The notes beneath the pieces were generated by a model, which was given only the letters and a program-made list of their open reading frames with translations, searched no databases and was not told the DNA's origin. 64,000 nt of DNA, from the IMG/VR virus record IMGVR_UViG_3300034161_000008, positions 154,437 through 218,436 of that record; one strand, written 5' to 3'. Position 1 is the first letter of the stretch. Each line of letters opens with the position of its first letter. Shown here one piece after another: positions 46,725-56,462 of this stretch. Both the position numbers and the translations under genes were made by a program. Source of the stretch: a virus. Taxonomy: Duplodnaviria; Caudoviricetes.

Positions 46725-47167
46725 TGACGATCGTATTCGAAGGTGATGGTGACTTGTTCACCTCGAGTTGTGAGACACTAGTTTGTCCTGTCAATACCGT
46801 GGGTACTTTGGGGAACGGGTTAGCTGCTGCTTTTAAGTGGCGCTTTCCCGGTTTGCTGGAGGCGTATAAGGGAGCGTGTCAACGCAGTGTCTTCTCCGGA
46901 CGGGGGTTGTATTTGTGGGAATACCTGCCCGACAGGAAGATCTTATGTCTACCAACAAAAAGGCACTTCGCTAATCCTTCCAAGTTAATCTGGATCGAGA
47001 AGGCCTTAGAGATCCTGGCGGAAGACTGGGAAGAGCTTGGCATAACCTCACTGGGTATACCGATGATTGGCTGCGGAAAGGGGCAGTTAATGTGGGCCGA
47101 TGTGAGACCATTGATTTGGCAATACCTCGATCCCATTGACTTAGAGGTCAGCATCTTCCTGAAATAA
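46724..47167 (+). CDS. Macro domain protein (DarG/Appr-1''-p processing type)
   Basis: GDLF, CPVNTVGTLGNGLAAAFK, LPTK, IPMIGCGKGQL.W..V. Confidence 0.85.
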   Translation: MTIVFEGDGDLFTSSCETLVCPVNTVGTLGNGLAAAFKWRFPGLLEAYKGACQRSVFSGRGLYLWEYLPDRKILCLPTKRHFANPSKLIWIEKALEILAEDWEELGITSLGIPMIGCGKGQLMWADVRPLIWQYLDPIDLEVSIFLK

Positions 47168-47246
47168 CCGGCGGAGACAAAAAATGAAGAACAAGTCCTG
47201 TGGTACGACCACCTCACCCAAAGCTCGAGAGCTTTGAGGAGGTCTA

Positions 47247-47798
47247 ATGTTACTCGGTCTACGTGCATTCGGAATGAATGCCAGTCCAACAAGCCTGGTC
47301 GATGAAATTCTCAAAGCGATAAACCGCAAGTCAGGGTCATCTCTGAACCGGGATACGCTCAGCGATATTCAGAAGGATGTGGTCGAGATCTTCGATCGCT
47401 CTTTAAACGACCGGGGCGAGCGCTGGATACTGTTTGATGGTCTCGAAGTTACTGGGGCCACCATTCAAGTCATCGACGGAGTGGTTTCCTTTAAGTGGGA
47501 AACTCGGTTTTCACCGAGACAACGCCACGATAATCAATACGGTCGAGCCCAACCTCTTGGATACTACGACCGATATGACCTTTGGGTTGTTCGCTACGGC
47601 ACAATCCCACCGGTGTTGTTAGCGCGTTACGGTGAGGAGATCCAGGACTACTACGCAAGCGTTCCCGGACAGGAATTGGTAGATAGTACCGGAGATCCGT
47701 TAGAGCCTCTCCTGGAGGCTTACAAGCGCGCTCAGGCATTAGGGCTGTACGGTCCGGAACTTCCAGAAGAACCGGTCAAGACTCAGCTGCCTGAATAA
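47247..47798 (+). CDS. Hypothetical protein
   Basis: 183 aa; strong RBS GAGGAGG. Confidence 0.65.
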   Translation: MLLGLRAFGMNASPTSLVDEILKAINRKSGSSLNRDTLSDIQKDVVEIFDRSLNDRGERWILFDGLEVTGATIQVIDGVVSFKWETRFSPRQRHDNQYGRAQPLGYYDRYDLWVVRYGTIPPVLLARYGEEIQDYYASVPGQELVDSTGDPLEPLLEAYKRAQALGLYGPELPEEPVKTQLPE

Positions 47799-47818
47799 AG
47801 AAAAAAAGAAAGAGGATG

Positions 47819-47860
47819 CGGTCATAGCCCCCTGCCCCGAAGGGCAGGGGGTATATGCCG
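47819..47860. terminator. Bidirectional hairpin (TATGCCG family)
   Basis: CATAGCCCCCTGCCC-CGAA-GGGCAGGGGGTATATGCCG between convergent stops. Confidence 0.8.
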
Positions 47861-47862
47861 TC

Positions 47863-48429
47863 TTACGCTACAGCGCTGTTGTAACCGGGTGGACTTTTCA
47901 AGCGCTCCGCAAAGATCTGAGCAGCGTGTGCTTCGAGCAAAGACTCAAGCTCTGGCAACACTACCATACCTTCTGGAGACGTTTTGTAGGTATCACCCAA
48001 GTAGGTGTTGGTCATGATGAAGTTCATGGCCTCGCCCTGTACCGCCTTTTCGATTGCGTGTTCGTCAGCATCAACGATCGTAGCAATGGTCAGGAGGATT
48101 GGGCGACCGTAGTACCAGCCTGCGGTGTTAGTGACGTCCGCCTGGATACCGCGAGTCGAGAGGTGGTTTCGGGTGGAGAGAGTCGACTTAAACAAACGGT
48201 CGCTGATCTCCTCACCTTTATTTGGCCTGCCTACGAGTTCGCTGAATGGACGGGTCTGGCGATGTTCAATCACCATCGTGTTCGGGTACTTCTCCACCAG
48301 TGGGCCTGAAAGAACGCGCGACAGGATTATGTCCTTCGGACTCAGGGGCGCGTTCTTGGGTAACGACTGGCGAATCAGATAGTCCAAATAGATGGCTACT
48401 GGGTCAAGCTGTATCAGCTCTGGTTTCAT
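47863..48429 (-). CDS. Hypothetical protein
   Basis: 188 aa ORF overlapping the upstream gene. Confidence 0.6.
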   Translation of the reverse strand: MKPELIQLDPVAIYLDYLIRQSLPKNAPLSPKDIILSRVLSGPLVEKYPNTMVIEHRQTRPFSELVGRPNKGEEISDRLFKSTLSTRNHLSTRGIQADVTNTAGWYYGRPILLTIATIVDADEHAIEKAVQGEAMNFIMTNTYLGDTYKTSPEGMVVLPELESLLEAHAAQIFAERLKSPPGYNSAVA

Positions 48430-48847
48430 AACTCGGTTCCGACGTCAAACGGTAGTCGTCGAAGCCTCCGGGTGTCAGTGACTTCAGGATGATCCTGGGA
48501 GGGGAGGACGATTTATCTACCGCGATCGTTAGTTTAAACGTCATGTACGGCCTCAGAGGTACGCTGAAGATTCGCTGTCGCAAATCCTCTAGCTTCTTGT
48601 CACGGCACTCAAGCCACAGAATGGCTTCGACGTCTGTTAAAGGTATTTCGATTTTGCTACGCGCCACACTGGTGTTTTCAGCCCGAAGGTAGAAAGACAG
48701 GCGATACGTGTCCTTTGTTTCCTGCTCAAGTAAGGTCCAATACTGCGAGAAGGAATTAAGCTGCTCATAACGCTCGAACAGCTTTGACGTAGCCCCATTG
48801 AGAAACGCTAGCAGTGATGCATCCGTTGATCGAATTTTTTTAGTCAT
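48404..48847 (-). CDS. Hypothetical protein
   Basis: 147 aa ORF downstream of the helicase. Confidence 0.55.
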   Translation of the reverse strand: MTKKIRSTDASLLAFLNGATSKLFERYEQLNSFSQYWTLLEQETKDTYRLSFYLRAENTSVARSKIEIPLTDVEAILWLECRDKKLEDLRQRIFSVPLRPYMTFKLTIAVDKSSSPPRIILKSLTPGGFDDYRLTSEPSYETRADTA

Positions 48848-48858
48848 ATGGCCAGAAA

Positions 48859-48886
48859 CGCGGACTCCCCCCTCCGAGAGTCCGCG
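48859..48886 (-). terminator. Hairpin after helicase
   Basis: CGCGGACTC...GAGTCCGCG, followed by TTTCT on the minus strand. Confidence 0.55.
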
Positions 48887-48900
48887 AATGCTCCTGTTGG

Positions 48901-50424
48901 TTAGATCGGGTCTGGGATGTGAATGCTGCCGTATTCCAGCGCACGCTCGTCCAAGATGCCTGATTTCTGCTGATGGTATTCCATCTGCTTGGGACTGTCT
49001 TGACAGACCAAATAGCCGAAGCGTGTGGTTCTGCCTGGGATGTCTCGAAGCCGACCGAAACCTTGAATGTTACCGGAGGATGTCTTCAGACTGATTTCCA
49101 TAATTACGGTAGTCAGCATGGAGATATCGTGACCAGTTCCGCCTGAGCCCATGGTCGTGACACAGATGTCACTTTCCATTAGGTTCTCATACGGATCATC
49201 CTCAACGAAGCGACCTACCTTCAGCGTGGGATACTTCTTACGAAGGAAATCCGTCAGCGTCGAGCAGAAGTCGATCGAGGCGCAGAGTATCAAACAGCGA
49301 TCCCCTGGTTGGTAGTCGACCTTATACAGATCTTCCACCACCTTGTGCATCATGTTTAAATAATTGGAGCCAAGGATGTCTTGCTTCAGGAGGGCACGCT
49401 CGTAGTAATTGTGCGAGTATCGTCCTGTAGCCGGGTCCGTCATTCGCACCCGATCTGGGTAACGCAACGAATAGAACACCGCGTACGCTTTGATGTACTT
49501 GTGGTACGCCAAGCCCGAGAACCGAGTGTTTGGAGGATACGTCATCTCGTACATCTTAGCGAGGAACGGATCATCCGCGATCAGGGTTGCGGACAGCGAC
49601 AAAGACTTCCTGAGATGGGTGTAGAGGTCCATCTTGAAGTTCAGGTGGAAATCCATGTGTACTTCGTCGATCAGCCTGAAGCCCGCTTCCAGAGTCTCGT
49701 ACATATCCCCTGGTACACAGTCGTAGCCCATCCCCAACGTATCGCCACGAAAGCGCTCGTAGAGCTTGAGCCAGTTCTGTATGGTCTTGTTGCTGATCAA
49801 CACGATCTTGGATTCGAGCTCACCTGCCTTGGCCATCATCAGCAGTGCTTGGAGCTGGGAAGAACCCCGGATGACCATCAAGTCTTCGACGGCTAAGCCT
49901 TCGTAAGTCTTGTGGACATCATCTACCCATTTGTCCATGAACTGAGCTTTTACGACAATTACCATCCGGACACCAAGGATCGAAGCAATGCGCATCGCGC
50001 AGTAGCTCTTACCTTTGCCGGTCTGGATCTCCACTAACTTCTGGAAATAGTCGTCAACGCCGTACTCAATAACCGGCTCCTGATAGTCCCGCGTTTGCCA
50101 CTTCTCTTTTACGACAAGTTCAACTTCGCGGGGCGTCGGGATTGGGTTGTGAACAGTTTTAACCAAGTCCTCCTTTAGATAGTTGAGTTCAAGATGCTCC
50201 TGAAATTCTTTATATTGGTGGATGTGGAACCGGAACTCCTGCCGGTCTTGTGTCGCCGTGGCAAAGACTTTAAGGGCAGCGCGCACGTAACGCCCGCCAC
50301 TGCCCTTATTAAAGCCGTACTGCACAAAGCGCCTAGCGAAACTTTCGACCACCGCACGACCACGTGGAGTCATTCGTGTGACGACGAAGTTGTGGGAGTT
50401 GATCCCCACGCTAAGCTCTGCCAT
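48901..50424 (-). CDS. Superfamily 2 DExH helicase (phiKZ gp75-like)
   Basis: IQTGKGKS (motif I), LIDEVH (II), SAT (III), QGFGRLR (VI). Confidence 0.9.
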   Translation of the reverse strand: MAELSVGINSHNFVVTRMTPRGRAVVESFARRFVQYGFNKGSGGRYVRAALKVFATATQDRQEFRFHIHQYKEFQEHLELNYLKEDLVKTVHNPIPTPREVELVVKEKWQTRDYQEPVIEYGVDDYFQKLVEIQTGKGKSYCAMRIASILGVRMVIVVKAQFMDKWVDDVHKTYEGLAVEDLMVIRGSSQLQALLMMAKAGELESKIVLISNKTIQNWLKLYERFRGDTLGMGYDCVPGDMYETLEAGFRLIDEVHMDFHLNFKMDLYTHLRKSLSLSATLIADDPFLAKMYEMTYPPNTRFSGLAYHKYIKAYAVFYSLRYPDRVRMTDPATGRYSHNYYERALLKQDILGSNYLNMMHKVVEDLYKVDYQPGDRCLILCASIDFCSTLTDFLRKKYPTLKVGRFVEDDPYENLMESDICVTTMGSGGTGHDISMLTTVIMEISLKTSSGNIQGFGRLRDIPGRTTRFGYLVCQDSPKQMEYHQQKSGILDERALEYGSIHIPDPI

Positions 50425-50425
50425 G

Positions 50426-52468
50426 TTAAGCCCTCATTAAGGTCCGCTCTCCTCCAAACAGCGCTTCGGGTAGAAGGATGCCGTCCATCGGGTGATCGGG
50501 TCTGTTGCGCAGAATGTAGCTCATTGGACTCACGATCAAATCGCGATGCCCCTCATAAGCCATAGCGGCAGCCAGACTGCGGTTTGCCATCGAAAGCGAC
50601 ATGACGCCGACGCCTTGTTTGGTCCACGGCTTAGGAAGCCCGTAGTCGCGATCGTCTGCACTGCGAATCATCGCAGCGTATAGAACCACTTCGAGGACCG
50701 CGATGTTCACCGACAACTTACTGTTCACAAGATCATTCAACTCAGCCAAAAGTGCCTGAGGCGATACAACCTTGTCCCGCTCGTGCATCTGCGAAACCGA
50801 AGACTCCAACATTGTCGAGATGTCCTTCGAGTGATCCGACATGTTGATGTGTTTCAGTGGCAGGGTTAGGAACGGTTGTGCCCAGTCGTAACCTTCGAGA
50901 TCGATCAAGTAGTCACCCTTCGCGTCGACTGCCCAGGATTTCGCCCGGATGTGTCGCAGCATTGGGTAGGTCATGGAAGCTTGGCGTCGGCCGATGTTTA
51001 CTTCGATCGACAGGTCTTCAATGAGGTCGCCGTTGTCAATACGGATGCCGATTGTATCTAGCTCGGACACACGCATGATGTTCAGGTCTTCTACATTCTT
51101 CACTCGCAGGATGTCAGTGATGTTCTGCGCAAAGTCAGCAGGGATTACCAGCTTGACGTTCTTGCCTCGTAGTGCTTCCCCAAGCATGTACGAGTTATTG
51201 TCAGGCGCTACTTTCAGATAACGCCGTTCGAACGTATCCAGCACAATGCCTTCTACCACCGAAGAGCCGTCGATGTGTTTAACCGACAGTACGGATTGAG
51301 AGGACTTCTGAGTCATCGAAGTACCGGTCATGTGACCGATGTTCGTTTCCGCTGGCACCGACAGGCTCAGCTCGCCGAAGCAAGTTGTGCAGATGCCGTA
51401 CGGATCTGGATGACCGCAACCGAGTACCGAACGCATTTTCAGCGTACGACCGATCAGATGCTTGTCGCCCTTCTTGATGACTTTCAGCTTGCTATCGGTA
51501 TCGAGGAAGTATTTGCCCTCGATCGTTTTCAGATCGCCGTCGAAGATCACGTTGCCGCGTTCGTCTTTGCGTGGGCCACGTACGTGCCAATGCGTGTACT
51601 CGGTCGTGCCGCAATCGCCTTCGTGCAGATTCTTTACAATCTGACACATCAGCTGCAAACGACGACTGAAGTATTCGGCATCTTGCAACGGCGCCTTCGA
51701 GAAGATCAGCGACTTGGCCGCAGAACGAGACTCGATGATGCTGTCGTGGAACGAACGGATACCACGGGCGTAGCCAGTCAACACAGGCTTGTCGAAGATG
51801 TGGGAGTCGATGTCGGTCAAGAAGCCCCGCGGACCCACACACTGGTTGACTTGGTTCATGTCGACCAGCTTACTACGGACAGCCAATGCGATCGGGTTCA
51901 GACTCAACGCCGGATCTTCCATCAGCGCTGATTTGATCTCACGATACGTTGTATCGATTGCTGTCTGGACTTCCTCACGCGTCGAGTTATCGTTGGTGCC
52001 GATCTCGATTACGTCAGCGTTAGCTTTCGCCACACGCTTGTTCTTGAGGATTGCCATGAAGTCAGTGATGTCGATAGACACCACGTATTCTTCCAGCTTG
52101 TACGTGAGCTCGTTGTAGATCAGGTTGGTCAGCTCGTAGGTTTGCTTACGCAGCAAGTCCATCGAAACGCCAATACCCATTTCCTTGTACGCATCGTACA
52201 CCGAGAACATACAGTTCCCGAGCAGCTGCAAATGCGTGTTGCTGCTAAGTCGACCATCACCAATGATGCTGTCGATGTGGTGACTCATCAGCATTGGCGT
52301 ATGCGGATACTTGCGGTGGAAGTCCCACGCGTAAGCACTGTACAGAGTCGCACGCCAGTTGGTTTCTATTTCCCCGTCGTCAAAGATCAGTGTGAATTTA
52401 CCTTGCAGGATTTCCCACAAGGTATCCATGGATAGTCGCGCTAGATCGCGCGCCATGATCCGACTCAT
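50426..52468 (-). CDS. rpoC: Non-virion RNA polymerase beta' subunit, C-terminal part (phiKZ gp74-like)
   Basis: Start MSRIMARD at 52468 (ATGA overlap); GPRGF, GYARG...ESRSAAK, YFSRRL, DCGT, RSVLGC...CTTCFG, TQ...SVKH. Confidence 0.85.
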   Translation of the reverse strand: MSRIMARDLARLSMDTLWEILQGKFTLIFDDGEIETNWRATLYSAYAWDFHRKYPHTPMLMSHHIDSIIGDGRLSSNTHLQLLGNCMFSVYDAYKEMGIGVSMDLLRKQTYELTNLIYNELTYKLEEYVVSIDITDFMAILKNKRVAKANADVIEIGTNDNSTREEVQTAIDTTYREIKSALMEDPALSLNPIALAVRSKLVDMNQVNQCVGPRGFLTDIDSHIFDKPVLTGYARGIRSFHDSIIESRSAAKSLIFSKAPLQDAEYFSRRLQLMCQIVKNLHEGDCGTTEYTHWHVRGPRKDERGNVIFDGDLKTIEGKYFLDTDSKLKVIKKGDKHLIGRTLKMRSVLGCGHPDPYGICTTCFGELSLSVPAETNIGHMTGTSMTQKSSQSVLSVKHIDGSSVVEGIVLDTFERRYLKVAPDNNSYMLGEALRGKNVKLVIPADFAQNITDILRVKNVEDLNIMRVSELDTIGIRIDNGDLIEDLSIEVNIGRRQASMTYPMLRHIRAKSWAVDAKGDYLIDLEGYDWAQPFLTLPLKHINMSDHSKDISTMLESSVSQMHERDKVVSPQALLAELNDLVNSKLSVNIAVLEVVLYAAMIRSADDRDYGLPKPWTKQGVGVMSLSMANRSLAAAMAYEGHRDLIVSPMSYILRNRPDHPMDGILLPEALFGGERTLMRA

Positions 52469-54633
52469 TGCAAAGTCCCCAGATGTGTCATTGGGCCCGG
52501 ATCGTACGGTTCGTAGTGGAACTCCCACCCCGCACATTCCGCAATGTGCTTGACCAGCTGCTGTGGTTTGGCACCGCCGAAAGGAATCTCGTCTCGGTCC
52601 ACTGCGCACTGGATATCAGTTGGCTTCTCAGCCCGCATGATGTTGTAGCAAATGTGCTCGTGAGTTTTGGGGTTGTTGTTTCGGTCCATCTGCTCGGCAG
52701 TAATCCACGTACCGGCGTAAGACGTGTAGATGCGCAGCTCCGCTTCACCCAAGGCACGAATGGCCTGCTGGCGAGTTGGTTGGCTGTACTTATCGGAGTT
52801 GGTGACCTGAGCCAACACACCGAAGTGTTGCGTTTTACCGGAAGACACTGCTGTCCAATCGTCGCCGATTTTCTCAAGCAGCATGAAGTAGCATTCAGCG
52901 ATACGCACCGAAGAGCGAGTTGTAACTGTGCGACCACTGCGACCGACGTACGTAACCGGGCCGTAGCAGGATGGGTAGTGTTCATTAACGAACTCAACCA
53001 TCTCTTCAGCTTCAGCAGGGTTGTCCGGCGGAGTGTACAGGTAGATGCCTTCGCGACAGATTGCATCGACGTGCTGAGCCCGTGTAAGCGTGTAACGACC
53101 CGAGGTGAACATCGCATGCATCTTCGGCGTAACGGCCTTGTAGTAGCCCATCAGGTAATCCCACGCCTGATCGACTTTGGCTAGATCGAAGTCCTTGGTG
53201 TTAGGATTCCAACCCACCATTTGACGTACACGTTTGCTGGTGTCGCGAGACGAACCATTGATGAACATCTCTAGTGGACCGCCCAAGTTCATCCGGGAGA
53301 TACGAGAGTTCGGGTCCATGATCAGATCCGCGCGATTGCCTTCTGCGTCCACCGGCATTTGCCATGGTTCCCAGATTTCGCAGATAACACCTTTACCGCC
53401 GTGGAAGTCAGTGAGCTTAAAGCCGTCCGTAGGAACGAAGTCGTACTCGATGGTGAACTCCAGACGGAAGTCGTCCAGAGGAGCCTGACGATAAAGCATG
53501 AAGACTTTCTGACCGTCATCCTTACCAACGACAGAGATAGCTTCACGAACCAACTGGTGGAACTGTGGGCTGAGTTTCAGCTCACGGCCTGATTGTTTGT
53601 GCTCACGACGCAGGCGATCGTGCTCGTCCAAGATCTCCTTGTAGAAGTGACGACGTGCATTGTCGTAACGCAACGATTGGGTTTCCATGCCGACCGGGGT
53701 AGGCGATGGGTTGACGGTGTTGTCGTGATGGATTTTGATGTCCACTACGCGACCACCTGCTCCGACGTAGACTGGCTTGTCGTACGTGAAGTCGATCTGT
53801 TGCAGGCCTCGTACCGATTGTTCCACAACGGCGAGGTTCTTATCGTAAGTACGCAGGTTCATCAGCATGCCGCGACCATCACCATCGTCGAGGATTCGCT
53901 CGCCGATATCTGGATAGCCTTTGAACTTCTCAGCGTTCCCGTACAGGTTGGTTGGGAACATTCTGGAACCAAACTCCACCACGCGGGTTTCGTAGGTCTT
54001 AAAGCTCAGACGTGGTAGCACGTCTCGGCAGATGATAATCCCGTCCTCAGACGCCGCTGGACACGACATAAGTGCCATGTTCAGGTTGATCCCCAGCTTA
54101 TACGCCCCAGTCTTTGGGTCGACTGCCGGAGAGTCTGCGAACACTGTGTCCTTCTTGAAATACTTGGCGGCCCGAAGGTCGTGTATCACAGGACGGAACA
54201 CGTACTTGTAACCGAAGTATTGGTGCTGGGATTGATGTCCTTCAATCCGCATGATATCGAAACGGCCGTTATCCAAGTCCTCGATGATAACGATTGTTTC
54301 AGGGTTCATCTCGATGGCATCTGCACCGTGCGTCTTGCGATAACGCTCGATCACTTTAACGACCTGCCCCGTACATGGGAATCGGACCGCTGTGGTGTAT
54401 TTGCCAAACTCATCTTCCATACCCGTCTGGGTACGGCGTTCATCTGCTCCCGAAATTGTCAGTCGCTGGCCAAGGTGAGAGGACATCATTTGTTTACGAC
54501 CACTGGAATCGTGACCATCCCATGGGTTGAGCCCACAGATACTCAACAAACGCAAGTCCAACTCGTTAGGTTGTACAACTCTTTGTATAGCGGCTGCTAT
54601 AGGTTGCTTTTGATAGTTTGCTTCTTGCGACAT
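52465..54633 (-). CDS. rpoB: Non-virion RNA polymerase beta subunit, C-terminal part (phiKZ gp71-73-like), uninterrupted
   Basis: GINLNMA...SEDGII, GFKLTDFHGGKGV, DLIMDPNSRISRMNLG, LEKIGD, RALGEAE. Confidence 0.9.
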   Translation of the reverse strand: MSQEANYQKQPIAAAIQRVVQPNELDLRLLSICGLNPWDGHDSSGRKQMMSSHLGQRLTISGADERRTQTGMEDEFGKYTTAVRFPCTGQVVKVIERYRKTHGADAIEMNPETIVIIEDLDNGRFDIMRIEGHQSQHQYFGYKYVFRPVIHDLRAAKYFKKDTVFADSPAVDPKTGAYKLGINLNMALMSCPAASEDGIIICRDVLPRLSFKTYETRVVEFGSRMFPTNLYGNAEKFKGYPDIGERILDDGDGRGMLMNLRTYDKNLAVVEQSVRGLQQIDFTYDKPVYVGAGGRVVDIKIHHDNTVNPSPTPVGMETQSLRYDNARRHFYKEILDEHDRLRREHKQSGRELKLSPQFHQLVREAISVVGKDDGQKVFMLYRQAPLDDFRLEFTIEYDFVPTDGFKLTDFHGGKGVICEIWEPWQMPVDAEGNRADLIMDPNSRISRMNLGGPLEMFINGSSRDTSKRVRQMVGWNPNTKDFDLAKVDQAWDYLMGYYKAVTPKMHAMFTSGRYTLTRAQHVDAICREGIYLYTPPDNPAEAEEMVEFVNEHYPSCYGPVTYVGRSGRTVTTRSSVRIAECYFMLLEKIGDDWTAVSSGKTQHFGVLAQVTNSDKYSQPTRQQAIRALGEAELRIYTSYAGTWITAEQMDRNNNPKTHEHICYNIMRAEKPTDIQCAVDRDEIPFGGAKPQQLVKHIAECAGWEFHYEPYDPGPMTHLGTLQ

Positions 54634-54662
54634 TGCGGCTACCTTCTTTTACAACTCAACCT

Positions 54663-54672
54663 GATGATATGT
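54663..54672 (-). promoter_or_regulatory. Putative early-type promoter
   Basis: ACATATCATC on the minus strand, 30 nt upstream of the beta gene. Confidence 0.45.
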
Positions 54673-54700
54673 AACTGAAGCTTTCTATAGGACTTTTCCG

Positions 54701-55045
54701 ATGGTAATGCCAATTGTCAACCTGCTTCAAGACGCAGGCCCGTCTGTGGATTACGATGCGTCGTTTCGTGCGGTATTGGAAGACCACATGACGTACTTAC
54801 GTAACCACCCAGGCACTGAGACTATCCAGATCGTTGCAGGTGACGCCTACAAATACGAGTTCGACTTGTTCGGTCTACTCGCGGCTTACCAGATCCCGCC
54901 TAACCTGCACTTTGTCACGATGCGGATGAATGGGTTCACCTCACCCCAACAAGCCACGGCTGAAATCGAAACATTGATTGTCCCTTCTGGCGACGTGATC
55001 GGTCAAATCCGACAAACCCACCAGACTGTACACAAGCTCAGCTAA
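54701..55045 (+). CDS. Small LysM/T4 gp53-like baseplate protein
   Basis: 114 aa; YKYEFDLFGLL..YQIPPNLHFVTMRMNG resembles the gp53/gpX core. Confidence 0.5.
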   Translation: MVMPIVNLLQDAGPSVDYDASFRAVLEDHMTYLRNHPGTETIQIVAGDAYKYEFDLFGLLAAYQIPPNLHFVTMRMNGFTSPQQATAEIETLIVPSGDVIGQIRQTHQTVHKLS

Positions 55046-55070
55046 CAAACAAAAAAGAAAGTTCAGTAAG

Positions 55071-55106
55071 CCAGAGGGGTCCGAAGACCCCTCTGGTTTT
55101 ATGCCG
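55071..55106 (+). terminator. Hairpin followed by TATGCCG
   Basis: CCAGAGGGGTC-CGAA-GACCCCTCTGG-TTTT-ATGCCG. Confidence 0.85.
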
Positions 55107-56453
55107 TCAGATGCGACCGAAGCCATTTGGCTGTTGGTAGCTGTTCTGCGGGAAGCCATTGTTGACGAAGCTGGTGCCACCTACAGCCACACCCGAACCT
55201 GGCATTACACCCGGTGGCGAGTTAGGAACCATGCCGTAGTTGTTCTGTGGGAACATTGACTGCTGCTGGTGTTGTGGGTGGTAGCCTGCGTTGTAGCCGC
55301 CCATGTTGGTTTGTGGCATTGCCATGAGACCGCCGCCAACAGTTGGGTTCACACGTGCGATGTCAGCGAAACTGATCCCACCCCCTTTGTTGGCACCCAC
55401 GACAGGAGCATGCATTGGTGCCTGATTGATTTGCGGCCATTGGTTCTGCAATCCATTGACCGGCGCCAGTTGCTGCTGTTGGGCTTTGTTGATGTCGGCC
55501 ATAGTCAGGTTGCCTGTTGGGGCTGGCGCCTGACCAGGAGCCTTCGGGGCTTCAGGAGCGGCAGTTTCAGAGCCGTCCTTGATCACCGCACCTTCGTTGC
55601 CCTTGAGCTTGACAGAAAGCATGCTGAGTTTGTCCAGATCGTCAATCGCATCCACGAAATCCGATTCCAGTAGCAGCGCATCAGGATCTTCCAGCACGTC
55701 GCGGAATAACTCAATGATGTCGTTCAGGGGTTGCGCTACTGCGATATACGCACGCATCAGCGAATCCAAGAACGGCGCCACACGGGAGTCCGAGCCACGG
55801 TTGTACGCTTCGGCCACGCCTTGATTCGGGATGATGTAATCCAACAGCGCGATTACGTTCTCACGAACCTTGACGCTCGATGGCTTGACGCCAAAGACCT
55901 TAGGCGTACCGGCAGTCAGCTCGGCGTACAGCGGGAAGCTTACGACACCTACACGAGCGTGACGCTTGCCACCAACCGAACCACCGCGTTTCAGATAGAA
56001 CGAACAGATGGACTGCGACGGCTTGTCGAACGGCATCTCTTTAAGCAACGCCTTAAAGAATGCTACGTCCTTCTCACCGGGCTCGTTCATCTTGGTCAGG
56101 AACTCAGCCTGATCTGGAGACAGCGACGCATGCTTCGATTGCGACGCAGCCAGAACCAACAGCTCGAACGCAAGCGCCGATGCTTTCAGGTTGACCGTGA
56201 TGTTCATTGCTTTACGCAAAGCCTCCAATACTGGAGACTCCGCACGCAGGATGTTCTCACCCAATGGACCGAACGCAACGCGCTCGCTCCAATCCGGATT
56301 GGCAAGTTGTTCCTTGTTAGGGAACACCAGACGTTTACCGTCGATCAACTTGGGCTTACGCTGCTCGCCCTGTACTGCGTCGACCATGCCTTCTGCATCG
56401 GGTGCCATCGAGCCTGCACGAAGCAGACTCAAGTGGAAATTATCAATGTCCAT
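55107..56453 (-). CDS. Conserved core protein with Q/N/G/P-rich C-terminal tail (phiKZ gp70 position)
   Basis: 448 aa; lies between the PicA-position gene and beta. Confidence 0.65.
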   Translation of the reverse strand: MDIDNFHLSLLRAGSMAPDAEGMVDAVQGEQRKPKLIDGKRLVFPNKEQLANPDWSERVAFGPLGENILRAESPVLEALRKAMNITVNLKASALAFELLVLAASQSKHASLSPDQAEFLTKMNEPGEKDVAFFKALLKEMPFDKPSQSICSFYLKRGGSVGGKRHARVGVVSFPLYAELTAGTPKVFGVKPSSVKVRENVIALLDYIIPNQGVAEAYNRGSDSRVAPFLDSLMRAYIAVAQPLNDIIELFRDVLEDPDALLLESDFVDAIDDLDKLSMLSVKLKGNEGAVIKDGSETAAPEAPKAPGQAPAPTGNLTMADINKAQQQQLAPVNGLQNQWPQINQAPMHAPVVGANKGGGISFADIARVNPTVGGGLMAMPQTNMGGYNAGYHPQHQQQSMFPQNNYGMVPNSPPGVMPGSGVAVGGTSFVNNGFPQNSYQQPNGFGRI

Positions 56454-56462
56454 CAGTATTCC

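Noticed and set aside
52465-54633. Intron, HNH endonuclease or intein in the nvRNAP beta gene, as in phiKZ
   Set aside because: The ORF is continuous with all motifs in order; no insertion is seen.
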